Both the position numbers and the translations under genes were made by a program. Below are positions 1 through 9,758 of a DNA stretch of 37,894 nucleotides, piece by piece. Below the pieces are notes generated by a model that made no database searches, was not told where the DNA came from, and was given only the letters and a program-made list of their open reading frames with translations. Numbering within the stretch: position 1 is the first letter of the stretch; each line of letters begins with the position of its first letter. Location of the stretch: positions 1 through 37,894 of IMG/VR virus record IMGVR_UViG_3300012971_000040; one strand, written 5' to 3'. Source of the stretch: a virus (taxonomy: Duplodnaviria > Caudoviricetes).

Positions 1-771
1 CCAGTGCTGGTCGCTGCGGTGGATGGTGGCGATGGCCACTAAGCCTTGGCGGGCTATGGCAGACCACGCCAGATGGATGCGGACCGGCACCACCTCCTCG
101 TCGTCACCGGTCCGCCGGACGATCGCGACGTCGCGATGGTGGCCCATGATCCGAACCTCCGGGTTGGCGAAGAATCCAGCCATGAGATCGCCGTGGCCAG
201 CGCGCCGGTCTGCCGGAACGAGTATCGACAACGGCCGCCCGACCAGATCCTGACGCGATCGCCCCGTAATAGCCTCGGCCTGCCCGTTCACGTCCAGAAT
301 GGTCCCCGATCTGCTGGCCATCACGATCGCGTCAGGGTTGTGCGCGAATGACGCGCTGTGCAGGTCGATCTGGATGAAGTGATCCGGTTCTTCACTAGCG
401 GTGACCGGAGTCTTGACTTCGCCGAGCAGCACCTTGACGGCATATGACCACGCCGCGCCGACCACCGTGAACCACAGCGACGCGCAGACCAGGACCACGG
501 TGACCACCCACCCGAGAAGAGTGATGTGCCCGGTGGCGGGCCGCCGTGTCATGGCGAGAATTCCGAGGAGGATGAAGCTACTCGTTACGAACAAAAGCGC
601 TGTGGTAAGCAACAGATTCATTCCAGCCCACGCGCGATCTGCTTTGGTGCCGGACAACCGAGCAACCCGATAGGTCAGCCGGGCATTGCGGCCGTTGTAA
701 ATCCACGCCGCCTCAGCCGGTAACGCTCCCAGTGTCCAGATGAGTTCCGTTATCTGGATGGTACCGGACAT
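1..771 (-). CDS. Membrane protein with ~3 TM segments and a C-terminal PAS domain (runs off the window edge; not in ORF track)
   Basis: Manual translation from ATG 771 (RBS AGGAG) is open for 257 codons to base 1. Hydrophobic N-terminal half, then PDAIVMASRSGTILDVNGQAEAITGRSRQDLVGRPLSILVP...HG...RIMG...RRTG...PVRIHL, a typical PAS pattern. Confidence 0.8.
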   Translation of the reverse strand, partial: MSGTIQITELIWTLGALPAEAAWIYNGRNARLTYRVARLSGTKADRAWAGMNLLLTTALLFVTSSFILLGILAMTRRPATGHITLLGWVVTVVLVCASLWFTVVGAAWSYAVKVLLGEVKTPVTASEEPDHFIQIDLHSASFAHNPDAIVMASRSGTILDVNGQAEAITGRSRQDLVGRPLSILVPADRRAGHGDLMAGFFANPEVRIMGHHRDVAIVRRTGDDEEVVPVRIHLAWSAIARQGLVAIATIHRSDQHW

Positions 772-931
772 GCTGGTCTCCTAGGGATTGCTCCGTTATT
801 TCCACACGTTTCCGCAGTGCGCGAAGAAGGTGCTCAGCCTGGGCCAACTCGGCAGCCTCGCTCTTCGCGGCACTCTTTTCTGCGGGATCCGTGACACGGC
901 GCCTTCGCCATGGCCGCCATGTGAATTTCAC
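713..931 (-). CDS. Small lysis-cassette protein (hypothetical)
   Basis: 72 aa; its start overlaps the stop of the upstream membrane gene; basic N-terminus then helical segment. Confidence 0.5.
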   Translation of the reverse strand: MKFTWRPWRRRRVTDPAEKSAAKSEAAELAQAEHLLRALRKRVEITEQSLGDQHVRYHPDNGTHLDTGSVTG

Positions 932-1170
932 CGTGGGTCACGCTCCTCCAATACCGAGGTGACCCGATGGGTGAGTCCGAGCGCATCGGTGGCGATCCTC
1001 TGCCACCGGTCCCGATCGGCCTCGACCTTACGCAACTGCGCTTCTTTGTCCGCGACCTCGCGACCGAGGCGAAGTGTTCCGCGACCTAACAAAATCCCAA
1101 CGATGACGATGACTGCAACGGACCCCCCATCCCGGATGAGGGAGATGTAGGATGAGGGGTCCATCGCCAT
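928..1170 (-). CDS. Holin-like single-TM membrane protein
   Basis: 80 aa; TM segment SVAVIVIVGILL followed by coiled EADRDRWQRIA; located near the amidase. Confidence 0.6.
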   Translation of the reverse strand: MAMDPSSYISLIRDGGSVAVIVIVGILLGRGTLRLGREVADKEAQLRKVEADRDRWQRIATDALGLTHRVTSVLEERDPR

Positions 1171-1655
1171 CAGTGCTTGAGCTTCTTGACCAGGTCGATG
1201 ATACGACCGACGTATTTCTGCATCGACATGATGATGCCGATAACGCCGATGCCGGATAGTTCGGTAGGGATGTTCTCGATACCATCGATCGCCTTTCGGA
1301 CGACCTCTTTCAGATGTCCGTTGGTAATGCCACTCACGATCAGATCCACGCTGACCCGGCCGTCGGCGAGACCTGCCTTGACGGTCGTGATGAGATCCAC
1401 AACGGCGTCACTCACGATCCCCACCATATCAACGATATCGATATGTCCACCGTGGGCGATCGTGTTCACCGCCTCATAAAGGCGACGCAGTGAGTCCCTA
1501 ATGTCTCCGTCGACGACACTGTGAAGCAGCTCGTCCAGAGTGATCTGCGTTCCACCTGGACTGCCAGGCGCCATGGCTGCAACCATCGCTTCCACCACGG
1601 CGATGACACCGGCCATCAGCTCATCCAGATCCTGATGTGACTCGATAGTAGGCAC
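1170..1655 (-). CDS. Hypothetical helical protein in lysis region
   Basis: 161 aa; GTG start with RBS AGGGAGG; stop/start coupling with the downstream gene. Confidence 0.65.
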   Translation of the reverse strand: MPTIESHQDLDELMAGVIAVVEAMVAAMAPGSPGGTQITLDELLHSVVDGDIRDSLRRLYEAVNTIAHGGHIDIVDMVGIVSDAVVDLITTVKAGLADGRVSVDLIVSGITNGHLKEVVRKAIDGIENIPTELSGIGVIGIIMSMQKYVGRIIDLVKKLKH

Positions 1656-2142
1656 AAGCGTGCCTCCCTTCTATTGTTCGGGCCTAGCCTCTGGGACGAG
1701 TTTTGTCACGCCGTCGGCACGCGGTGCCAGGTTGTCGATCCCTTGGGCATCCGCCAGAGCCTGGCGGATGCCAAGGGTGATCCGGAAGGCGAGGTCGAGT
1801 GCTTCGCCCAGCTTCGGCGCGCTCTTGTTCCACCACCGGTGCCGACATGGGTGTTTCCGTCCTCTCATGATCCGGCCAACGCCATCCGCCCGTGACCATC
1901 CTGCCACCCTGCAGGGGTGCGCACTAGTGCACCTGATCGCCCGGGGGCTACAGTCTGATCGGCGGATGGCGCACCCGAGAGAGAGGGATAGGACATGGTG
2001 ACGATGGTCCCTCACCCACTAGGTGAGAGTTACGGTCAGCTAGAGGACTGGACCGGTGAACTGCCCGGCCTGGAGTCCCTGGCCGCCATCGGGGAGTTCG
2101 CCGCCACTGCCGTCCCGGAGCAGTGGGATGGGAGAGGCGTCC

Positions 2143-2715
2143 ATGAATGCGATGATTCCGCCGAGGCAACGGGTCCGATGGACCGGGAATAAAAGTGCTG
2201 GACGTGGCCCGGGATTCGAGGGATTAATCACTCTGCACGAATCCGTGGGAATGCTTGGTGCATGGGATCTGGCCTGCTACTGCGAGCAGGCCGGTGTCAG
2301 TTATCATGCCATCACCGACGGTGACGAGATCGTGTATACCGTCCCTCGCTCCGACCGAGCGTGGCATCTCCGCAACGGCAATCCCTGGGCTACCGGGCTG
2401 TGCCTGACCTCACCATCCCGACCGTACAGTCGGGATGAATGGCTCGGTCCGCAGGTGAGGAAGATGCAAATCGCCGCATGGTGGCTTGCCGTGGTGTGCA
2501 ATGACACGCGGATGGACATGGCCGAATGTAGCGATCAGAACATCCGCGATGTCCTGCGAGGGGTCAGAAGCGCGGGCGGAGTTATCAACCACGCCGACTA
2601 CACGCGTGCGGCACGCGACGGTACCCATGACGATATCCGCAATTTCCCCACCGATGTCTGTGTCGGTTGGGCCAGAGACTACGCGCGCTCGCAGGGATGG
2701 CCAACCGAATATTAG
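2143..2715 (+). CDS. N-acetylmuramoyl-L-alanine amidase (endolysin, Amidase_2-like)
   Basis: Motifs LITLHES, SYHAITD, AWH..N....GLCL, NHADYT...HDD match the Zn-amidase pattern; ATG 2143 with GGAGAGG RBS. Confidence 0.75.
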   Translation: MNAMIPPRQRVRWTGNKSAGRGPGFEGLITLHESVGMLGAWDLACYCEQAGVSYHAITDGDEIVYTVPRSDRAWHLRNGNPWATGLCLTSPSRPYSRDEWLGPQVRKMQIAAWWLAVVCNDTRMDMAECSDQNIRDVLRGVRSAGGVINHADYTRAARDGTHDDIRNFPTDVCVGWARDYARSQGWPTEY

Positions 2716-2716
2716 A

Positions 2717-3226
2717 TCAAGCGCTCAGTTTGACCAGCTCCATCCAGGATCCCGCGAGCAGCATGGACGGGTTGGTATTGTTCGCCGTATTCTGCGCAAA
2801 TTGAAATGTACAGCTTCCCGCCGTGCTGCCCATCGCGATGACCGCTGAGGGCTTGGAGGCGACTCGGGTCCCGAAGGCGACTCCACTGAGATCCATCGAC
2901 CCCTGGTCCAGACTCTGACGATGCGGCGCTGCGGTGACCGTGGTGTCCGACGACGTCCCGCCCCATCGAGAGTGCTTCACCACCAGTGCCCCGGTAGGGA
3001 CCAGAAGATTGTATTTCGCGTCCCCCGTGGAGTTGCCGTCAGTGATCAGATACATGTCTACGCTGTAGATGGCACTGACTTCCATCGACAGCACCATGTC
3101 GGTACTCGATACCAGGGTGGCCGAGTTGGTTACCGAGATATCCGACGTCTGGTAGACGCGCCGCCGCCGGTCGAATGCGGCGTTGAGCAGATCCGCCGTC
3201 AGCTTCTGGCCCGCACTGAACGCCAC
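2717..3226 (-). CDS. Minor tail protein
   Basis: 169 aa beginning MAFSAGQKLTADLLN, an N-terminus typical of actinophage distal tail proteins; ends with FQFAQNTAN...GSWMEL. Confidence 0.7.
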   Translation of the reverse strand: MAFSAGQKLTADLLNAAFDRRRRVYQTSDISVTNSATLVSSTDMVLSMEVSAIYSVDMYLITDGNSTGDAKYNLLVPTGALVVKHSRWGGTSSDTTVTAAPHRQSLDQGSMDLSGVAFGTRVASKPSAVIAMGSTAGSCTFQFAQNTANNTNPSMLLAGSWMELVKLSA

Positions 3227-3235
3227 GGCTCCTCC

Positions 3236-6001
3236 TTACGACAGTACGAACGGGTAGGTGACGTGCACCTCGGAACCTGCGGCGTGCGCCACGACCACAC
3301 CGTTCACGCTGCGGGTCACCGAGGAGAACGTCTGCGGTGAGCTCGTCCCGCTGATCGCCCCGACCGACATGACCTCGCCGCCAATGGTGATCGCTATCGG
3401 CATATCGCCCGCGGCAGTGGTCCACAGCGCACTGCCTGCCGCGATCGCCACGGTGAACGAGACGGCCGTGGTGGTGATATCCGCGCTCAGCGTGCTGCGG
3501 TCGCTGTCGAGCCTCTTGGCCGTGTCATCGAGCACGCCGACCTGATACGGGCTCTCCGGGACGCAGATGAGCCGGACGGTCAGGGTGTAGCGCCGGGCCA
3601 CCACCTCTAGTCCGATGACGATCTGGCTGATATCGCCGACCGTCTGTCCGGACTTCGGGTTCTGCACAACCACCCGATCGCCGATATCCAGATCCAGCAC
3701 GGCCGCCTGCAGACCTGCCGCAGTCAGGTGGATGTTCGCGAGATCCAACGTGATCGTCGGGTAGCGCGCCTCGTCGGTGGTGCCCAGGTGCAGCAACCAG
3801 CCGGCCAGATCGTTCAGCTGTGAGTCCTGGTAGACGTTGACCGTCTCCTGGGTTGCATACCGACCGGACCCACCCTGATCCGGCGATGCGGTCCCGAGCC
3901 GCCCGGTGCTGAGAGCAGCGCGTGCGCTCGATCCGCCGTTGCGGCTCACGGTGACGTCATTGGTCAGGTACCGATCGTCGTCAACCGGCTGAAATGGCGG
4001 GCTGGTCTGCCCCGCCGAGTAGTCCAGGGTGATCCGTGCGGTCTGATTGCACAGGCTCGCCCTGGTCCGGTAGACCGGACCGAGCTCGCCGCGCGCCTCG
4101 AACAGCTCGCCGAGATCCGCACCGGAGCATTCATACAGCAGTTTCAGCAGTTCCAGCGACAGCTGAGGACCCATGGGCTCACTGGTGGTCGGATCCCCCC
4201 CGTAGGCCACCGGAAGCCCTTCCTCGCCGCCGAGACGGATGAGCCGGTTCGCGGCCGCCTCGCCCTTCCACGCGTTCAGTTGTGACGCCAGCCCCAGCAA
4301 TGAAGCGGCGGACGTATGAAATGAGATATGCCCGATTGAGACCGTGGACGGAAGCACCGTGTCGGGATCGACGGCGATCGACGTGGCGACGCCGATCGTC
4401 TGGGTCAGCGGCATGTCCGCCCCGCTGGATGAGATCTGCACGACCGCCCCGGCGCCGGGCTCCAGGCTGATCAGGTTGACGTTGACCGTCGTGGCGTTCG
4501 TCTGCTGGAACTCCACGCCGATCTGCCGGGCCGCGCCGTTAAGCCCGGCCGCGATACCGCCGGAGGCGTAGATGTAGGAGCCGTCGGTGTTGTTGTAGAC
4601 GTACAACCAGACGTCACCTGTAATGCCGTCGGCGTACACGCTGAGGTTACCGATCGAGCCGCCCGCGAACGCGATCACCACGAGCCGGCGCAGCCCGACG
4701 CCTAACCCGCCGGCCGGCATGCTCGTGACGAACCGGACCTGACACCGGTTGGCACCGGGCGTGTAAGGCGGTATCTGGGCGAACCAGGCTGACAGGTTGA
4801 CGGCCGGCAGCGGGCCGGAGCTGTCCAGCGGGGACAGCGCGGCGAACGATGGCGCGCCGGACACCACCCACAACGGCTGGTCGCCGATCGCCGGGGCGAA
4901 GAAGAGGGTTGAACCTGCGGCGTCCTCACACGGCCAGTAGGCGATCGGCGGGTAGGTGAGGTCGCGCAAATAACCACGCCTCAGTGTGCTCTGCAGCGCC
5001 GTGCTCTGCGCCAATCTCCGCAACGGTCCACTGATCGTCACGGAGGAGGTGACGAACTCACCGGAGGTGTCCCACCCGGGTGCCAGGTCCGCGATCTCGC
5101 CCGCGAACAGCGGAACGCGGATCCGAACGTTGTCGATACTGAACACGATCGGTAGCGTGTTCGTATTCGATCCTGAGACACCGTTGCGGATCCCGACCCA
5201 CCCGGCGGCGGGCAGCAGTTCGGTGTGCGCGGTCAGGTGCCAGCCGTACGGCTCATTCCCAGACGCCGCCCAGACCTTCACTCGTAGCGTGGATCCCTCG
5301 GCCTGAGCCCGGACCCGCAGGACCTGAGAGGATGAATGCGTCAGGCCCGAGATGGTGACTGGTCCGCCATAGACGGTGCCGTCGTAATGCATGAGCTTGA
5401 CCGTGATCGCCTCGGCTGAGGTCACGACGACGCGGGCCATGTGGTAATTCGTGACCGACGAACCGCGCAGCAGGATGTTGCACGGTTCCAGATCGCTCCC
5501 GGTCACATCGGAGAACGGCAGGCTCACGTCAGCCCGGACGTCTACACAGGCATGGGTAACCGTGGGCAGGTAGGTCACCCGATAGGCGGAGCGTGCCGAT
5601 ACCGAGTGGGTACCGACCCCGGATCCGACGGCGAAGTCCGAGGCCAGCACGGATCCCCCGGCGCCCGTGGTCGACCACGCCTGCCCGGTGTCAGCGCTAC
5701 CCCAGCCGGAGGACACGGTCCGGGTGAACGTGTCGGACGCCGTGCGCAGTGATACCCGAACCGGAGTGTTGCGCCCGATCGAGCCGTACCACGGCCCGGT
5801 CGGCCAGCGCGGAGAGTAGGCCCCGGAATCGTTTCGCAGCGTGAACGTGCACGATCCAGCGTTCGGCGTGCTCGACTGGTCGCTCCGGCCCCGGCGCAGG
5901 GTGATCCCCGGGTCGCCGAGCACATCGGCCGTCGCATCGCGCCAGCCGCCGGCGAGATACATCTCGACCTCGTAGTCGAGGGGATTCGGGGGATAGGCCA
6001 C
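3236..6001 (-). CDS. Large minor tail / baseplate-hub-like protein (~921 aa)
   Basis: Likely GTG start at 6001, directly after the tape-measure stop; beta-rich, with the motif GITLRRGRSDQ..TLRNDSGAYSP and a LamG-like middle region. Confidence 0.8.
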   Translation of the reverse strand: MAYPPNPLDYEVEMYLAGGWRDATADVLGDPGITLRRGRSDQSSTPNAGSCTFTLRNDSGAYSPRWPTGPWYGSIGRNTPVRVSLRTASDTFTRTVSSGWGSADTGQAWSTTGAGGSVLASDFAVGSGVGTHSVSARSAYRVTYLPTVTHACVDVRADVSLPFSDVTGSDLEPCNILLRGSSVTNYHMARVVVTSAEAITVKLMHYDGTVYGGPVTISGLTHSSSQVLRVRAQAEGSTLRVKVWAASGNEPYGWHLTAHTELLPAAGWVGIRNGVSGSNTNTLPIVFSIDNVRIRVPLFAGEIADLAPGWDTSGEFVTSSVTISGPLRRLAQSTALQSTLRRGYLRDLTYPPIAYWPCEDAAGSTLFFAPAIGDQPLWVVSGAPSFAALSPLDSSGPLPAVNLSAWFAQIPPYTPGANRCQVRFVTSMPAGGLGVGLRRLVVIAFAGGSIGNLSVYADGITGDVWLYVYNNTDGSYIYASGGIAAGLNGAARQIGVEFQQTNATTVNVNLISLEPGAGAVVQISSSGADMPLTQTIGVATSIAVDPDTVLPSTVSIGHISFHTSAASLLGLASQLNAWKGEAAANRLIRLGGEEGLPVAYGGDPTTSEPMGPQLSLELLKLLYECSGADLGELFEARGELGPVYRTRASLCNQTARITLDYSAGQTSPPFQPVDDDRYLTNDVTVSRNGGSSARAALSTGRLGTASPDQGGSGRYATQETVNVYQDSQLNDLAGWLLHLGTTDEARYPTITLDLANIHLTAAGLQAAVLDLDIGDRVVVQNPKSGQTVGDISQIVIGLEVVARRYTLTVRLICVPESPYQVGVLDDTAKRLDSDRSTLSADITTTAVSFTVAIAAGSALWTTAAGDMPIAITIGGEVMSVGAISGTSSPQTFSSVTRSVNGVVVAHAAGSEVHVTYPFVLS

Positions 6002-6003
6002 GG

Positions 6004-8292
6004 CTATCTCCCGAATACCTGCTGGACGTCGCCGCCCTGCACCTTGACGTAACGGCGGATGATCTCGGCCAGCAGCTCGTCCAGCGGTGCGCCGGCGGTA
6101 CGCAGCTGCAGCACAATGGATCCACCCTGGCCGCCGATCGCTCCCGCCGTCGCCTGCCCGGACCTTCCGGCTACGGCGGATCGGCCCGCCCCGAGTAGGT
6201 CGTCGACAGTCAGGTCGCGAATCGCGGCCCGCGCTACGTCGGCACTGGCCCGGATGCCCTCGGCGATTCCGGGTGGGATCATCGCGCCGACTTCGGCCGC
6301 GAACGCCTTCGACGGCGAGGTGATGCCGATCGCGTGCTTGGCGGCGTCCAATAGCGACCTGGCTAGATTCTGCACCTTGTCGATCAGCCAGTCCCACCCG
6401 TTCTGAATTCCTCGCCAAATACCCTCGACGATGTTGCGGCCCACGTCGACCAGCATGTTCCCGAAATTGCTGATGGCATTCAACGCGCGGCCCGGAAGAT
6501 CTTTGAACCACCCGACGATGGCACCGATCCGATCGCCGACCGCATCGGCCATCGACGTCAGCCAAACCCAGAACTTACCCGGCAGGGATCCGATCCATTC
6601 GGCCGCACCGAGCACGGCGTTCACTCCGGCCTGGAATGCCGCCTTGATTTTGTCCCAGTTGTCGATGACCAGCTTGATCAGTAGACCGATCGGCCCGCCC
6701 ATGATGGCCAGAATGGTCGGCCAGTTCTCTTTGACCCAGTCGATGACGGCCTGGACGGCGCTGACCACGGCGTTCTTGATGCCATCCCATGCACCTTTAA
6801 TCCAGTCCCAGACCTCGCCAGCTTTAGCCTTGACCCAGTCCCAGTGCTGAATCAACAGGACCACGATGGCGACCACGGCGGCGATGGCCAGCAGGATTCC
6901 TCCCGTGGCCAGGATCATGGCTGCGTTCGCTGCGATCCACGCGGCAGCCGAGGCGACGGCTCCGGCGATCGATGCGGCGGCGTGCGCCACAGCCGAGGCC
7001 GTCATACTCGCGAAGTTGGTCACAGCACCGACCGCCATGGCCTTGAATTTGTCCGGCAGCGCCGTGGCGATGACAGCCGCCTGCGATACCCCGGCCAGTG
7101 CCGGACCGCCGAATCCGGCGATAGCAGCTCCGGCGTCACCGAGGATACCGGGCGCGTTGACGAACGATGCGAGCATCTGCTCCATTGAGCGCTGCATTGA
7201 CGTGATCTTAGATTGTGCCGTGTCGCCGATTGTGGCGTCCAGCGTTTCGGCTGCACCGGCGACCTGCCCGAGCCCGGCTACCGCGCTACTCGGATCGATG
7301 GCGTAAAGAGCCGCGCCAAGATCCTCCGCCTGTGTCCCAAAAAGTGCTACCGCAGCCTGCGACTGGAGGACGGGGTCCTTCATCCCCTTCAGCTTGTCGA
7401 TGGTGAGCTGAAACGCGTCGGCTGACGTCTGCCCACCGGCGGCCAGTTTTTTGGCCATGTCGTCGGCATTCAGCCCGATGGCTTTGAAGCCGTCGGCTGT
7501 CGACTTGCTGCCGTCAATGGAGCGGATCGCAAATTCCTTCAGGGCATCTGCGGCAAGGTCGGTACTGCGCGCCCCGGCGTCCATCATCTGCTGGACCATG
7601 CCGAGAGCTTCCTTCCCGTCCACTCCAATTTTTTGAAATTGGACCCTGTATTCCGTAAAGGTGTCTACCACGTCCTTGGCCCCAGGGCCAAGTTTCTGAA
7701 ATGCTTTCGTGATCAGATCAAGGCCGGCCTGAGCATCGGGCACCATTTTTGTTGCGACCATTCTACTGACCGCAAGCATGGAGTCGCTGACGTCGACGCC
7801 GAATGCCTGGCTCAGCGACATTGCCTCGCCGGTGATCTGCTCGATATCGCCGGTCGTGGCGTCGCTCATCAGCGCCCCGGACTGCATCACCGTCCGCACG
7901 GCGTCGTTGACTTCGCCGAGACTATCACCGTAAGCGCTGGAATACAGATTCCCGGCAACCTGCCCTGCCTTTGCGAACTCCGGACCCTGATCCCCGAGTT
8001 GCGCCTGCATCTTCTTGTTCGCGGAATCGAACTGCAGCGAGGCGGCGAATCCGGACGCCATTGCCGCACCAGCCGCCGCACCGGCACCGAGAGCCACTGC
8101 TTTACCGGCACCGGCAAGTTTCGGCCCCAGCTTGGATACCTCGCCACCCATCTTGTCGGCCGCGGTGCCGAGGTCCTGGACGCTGGACTTCACCGAATCG
8201 CCCATCTTGCGGGCGTCGGCGGCCGTCTCCTTCATCGCCGCTGCCGCTCGGCTGTTGTTCGCCGTGACGACGATCTCTACCTCGTTGGCCAT
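6004..8292 (-). CDS. Tape measure protein
   Basis: 762 aa, Ala/Gly-rich, periodic Trp repeats (WDWVK..WDWIK..WDGIK), C-terminal GITSPSK; follows the tail chaperone. Confidence 0.92.
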   Translation of the reverse strand: MANEVEIVVTANNSRAAAAMKETAADARKMGDSVKSSVQDLGTAADKMGGEVSKLGPKLAGAGKAVALGAGAAAGAAMASGFAASLQFDSANKKMQAQLGDQGPEFAKAGQVAGNLYSSAYGDSLGEVNDAVRTVMQSGALMSDATTGDIEQITGEAMSLSQAFGVDVSDSMLAVSRMVATKMVPDAQAGLDLITKAFQKLGPGAKDVVDTFTEYRVQFQKIGVDGKEALGMVQQMMDAGARSTDLAADALKEFAIRSIDGSKSTADGFKAIGLNADDMAKKLAAGGQTSADAFQLTIDKLKGMKDPVLQSQAAVALFGTQAEDLGAALYAIDPSSAVAGLGQVAGAAETLDATIGDTAQSKITSMQRSMEQMLASFVNAPGILGDAGAAIAGFGGPALAGVSQAAVIATALPDKFKAMAVGAVTNFASMTASAVAHAAASIAGAVASAAAWIAANAAMILATGGILLAIAAVVAIVVLLIQHWDWVKAKAGEVWDWIKGAWDGIKNAVVSAVQAVIDWVKENWPTILAIMGGPIGLLIKLVIDNWDKIKAAFQAGVNAVLGAAEWIGSLPGKFWVWLTSMADAVGDRIGAIVGWFKDLPGRALNAISNFGNMLVDVGRNIVEGIWRGIQNGWDWLIDKVQNLARSLLDAAKHAIGITSPSKAFAAEVGAMIPPGIAEGIRASADVARAAIRDLTVDDLLGAGRSAVAGRSGQATAGAIGGQGGSIVLQLRTAGAPLDELLAEIIRRYVKVQGGDVQQVFGR

Positions 8293-8510
8293 CGCTCACT
8301 GTCCGGTGGATGGGCGATTGATTCGATGGCGACCAGTCGCAGCAGATCGGCATCCTCTTCTTCTAGCGCGCTCGGCAGGCACCCGAACCGCTCGCACAGT
8401 CCCAAGGTCACCTCCGCGCGGATCAGTTCGCCGGGCTTGTCGAGGACAGCTCCACAGGAATCAACGCCAGATCCAACGACCCGCCACCGTTCGAGGTCTG
8501 ATCTAAATTT
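8277..8510 (-). CDS. -1 frameshift extension of the tail chaperone (gpGT-like)
   Basis: Slippery heptamer A-AAT-TTA at 8510-8504. The -1 frame is open (FRSDLERWRV...LCERFGCLPSALEEEDADLLRL) to TAG at 8279-8277. Confidence 0.75.
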   Translation of the reverse strand, partial: KFRSDLERWRVVGSGVDSCGAVLDKPGELIRAEVTLGLCERFGCLPSALEEEDADLLRLVAIESIAHPPDSERWPTR

Positions 8511-8851
8511 TGAGACACCCCGCTACTCTTCTCGGTCCATACCGCGAACAGCCGAAAGATGAATTCGGCATCCTCACCGCAGACCCCGTCAAAGGTGGCC
8601 GGAACCGGCTCGCCGCCATTGTCCAGAAGATTCCAGTCGACCAGCGCATCTGCAAAGTCCCTGAACATCGAAGCGAGAGCATCGAGCCCTTCGGTATCGA
8701 TCGATCCGGGGTCACTGGCGAAGCCGGCGAGTTTCGTGGCGTTGAGAATGGCGCGGACCGGGGCCGGGCGCATTCGCACGATCAAGCCGCCAAGCTCCGG
8801 ATCGGCGAAGCGCAGCTTGTAAATCTTGCGTTCCCTCCGGAAGCCGCTCAT
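8423..8851 (-). CDS. Tail assembly chaperone (gpG-like)
   Basis: ATG 8851; motif LVDWNLLDNGGEPVP; lies between the tail tube and tape measure genes. Confidence 0.8.
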   Translation of the reverse strand: MSGFRRERKIYKLRFADPELGGLIVRMRPAPVRAILNATKLAGFASDPGSIDTEGLDALASMFRDFADALVDWNLLDNGGEPVPATFDGVCGEDAEFIFRLFAVWTEKSSGVSQNLDQTSNGGGSLDLALIPVELSSTSPAN

Positions 8852-8852
8852 C

Positions 8853-9257
8853 CTAGCTCCATGTCGGCACACCGCCGTTGGCGAGATTCCCCGTCGTCTT
8901 CCAGGTGAGCTCCCCGGAGTTCTTCCTACTCATCTCGTAATTCTCGAAGAGGAGTTCGGTGGCGAGTGTCTGGCCGGACACCCCGAAAGTGGTGGTGCGG
9001 GTGACGGACGTGCTCGGAACCGTCTTGAACACGTCGTGGCTCATATTGGTCGCGTCGTTGAAAACCCCATTCAATTCCACCTTCACATCAGCCAGTAACA
9101 GGATTCTTTCGAACGCTGACACGTCGACACCGGTCGTTTCTTGCACTCCCCGTGGAGTGGAGATGCTCACATCATTCACATCATTGCTGATCGTGCGCGG
9201 CGTCCCGGCGGAATCATCGATCGCCAGGGAGGCCCCTAAGCCGGACTCTTTGGCCAC
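8853..9257 (-). CDS. Tail tube / major tail protein-like
   Basis: GTG 9257 overlaps the upstream TAG; MAKESGLG...TPRGVQETTGVD...ERILLL; immediately precedes the chaperone. Confidence 0.7.
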   Translation of the reverse strand: MAKESGLGASLAIDDSAGTPRTISNDVNDVSISTPRGVQETTGVDVSAFERILLLADVKVELNGVFNDATNMSHDVFKTVPSTSVTRTTTFGVSGQTLATELLFENYEMSRKNSGELTWKTTGNLANGGVPTWS

Positions 9258-9712
9258 TAGCCTCTCCTCCATTGGTCATACAGCATCTGCTGATGCTCGG
9301 CGAAGTCCTCCACCCAGAACTCCGGGCGGGTATGTCGTCGCGCTGGAGTGCCGCGCGGATTTCCACGCCAGGGGTCTCCGTCGCGCACCACGTAGAGATT
9401 CGGCCGGCCGACCGGTAGACGGTGCTCATGCGCACGGAAGCAGCGCTGGCCAGGCTCGAAAATCCACCACGTCTGACCCTCACCGAGATCGAGCACGCGG
9501 AATCGGCGGCCGGACGTTCGGATAGCGTGCTGTTGCGCGGGGGTGAGGCCTTCCACGCGAATGCGCCATTCGTTCAGATAGACCGGGCAGTCCACCTCGG
9601 CGCAGGTCGCTAGGCGCCAGTGGGTGATGAGTGGAGCCTGCACCTGGTATGTCTTCACGGCAGTGACAGGTAGTCGGAACCGAGGTGCCGAGGTCGCCAT
9701 TCTCATCCGCAT
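9257..9712 (-). CDS. Hypothetical phage protein with Cys/His cluster
   Basis: 151 aa, CAEVDC...CFRAHEH; coupled to neighbouring genes; start uncertain. Confidence 0.65.
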   Translation of the reverse strand: MRMRMATSAPRFRLPVTAVKTYQVQAPLITHWRLATCAEVDCPVYLNEWRIRVEGLTPAQQHAIRTSGRRFRVLDLGEGQTWWIFEPGQRCFRAHEHRLPVGRPNLYVVRDGDPWRGNPRGTPARRHTRPEFWVEDFAEHQQMLYDQWRRG

Positions 9713-9758
9713 AGCTGTTGACCCCCCGCGATACCATCCAACTCGCCGAGTGTCATCG

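Noticed and set aside
1671-2192. Small ORFs between the 1655 gene and the amidase, including a possible frameshifted MSAP-WWNKSAPKLGEALD gene and the 1995-2192 ORF
   Set aside because: Competing frames and no recognisable motif; cannot decide from sequence alone.
6002-6565. N-terminal extension of the 1109-aa ORF
   Set aside because: It overlaps the tape-measure gene out of frame and is Arg-rich noise; GTG 6001 fits better. Several other ORF-track starts were trimmed for the same reason.
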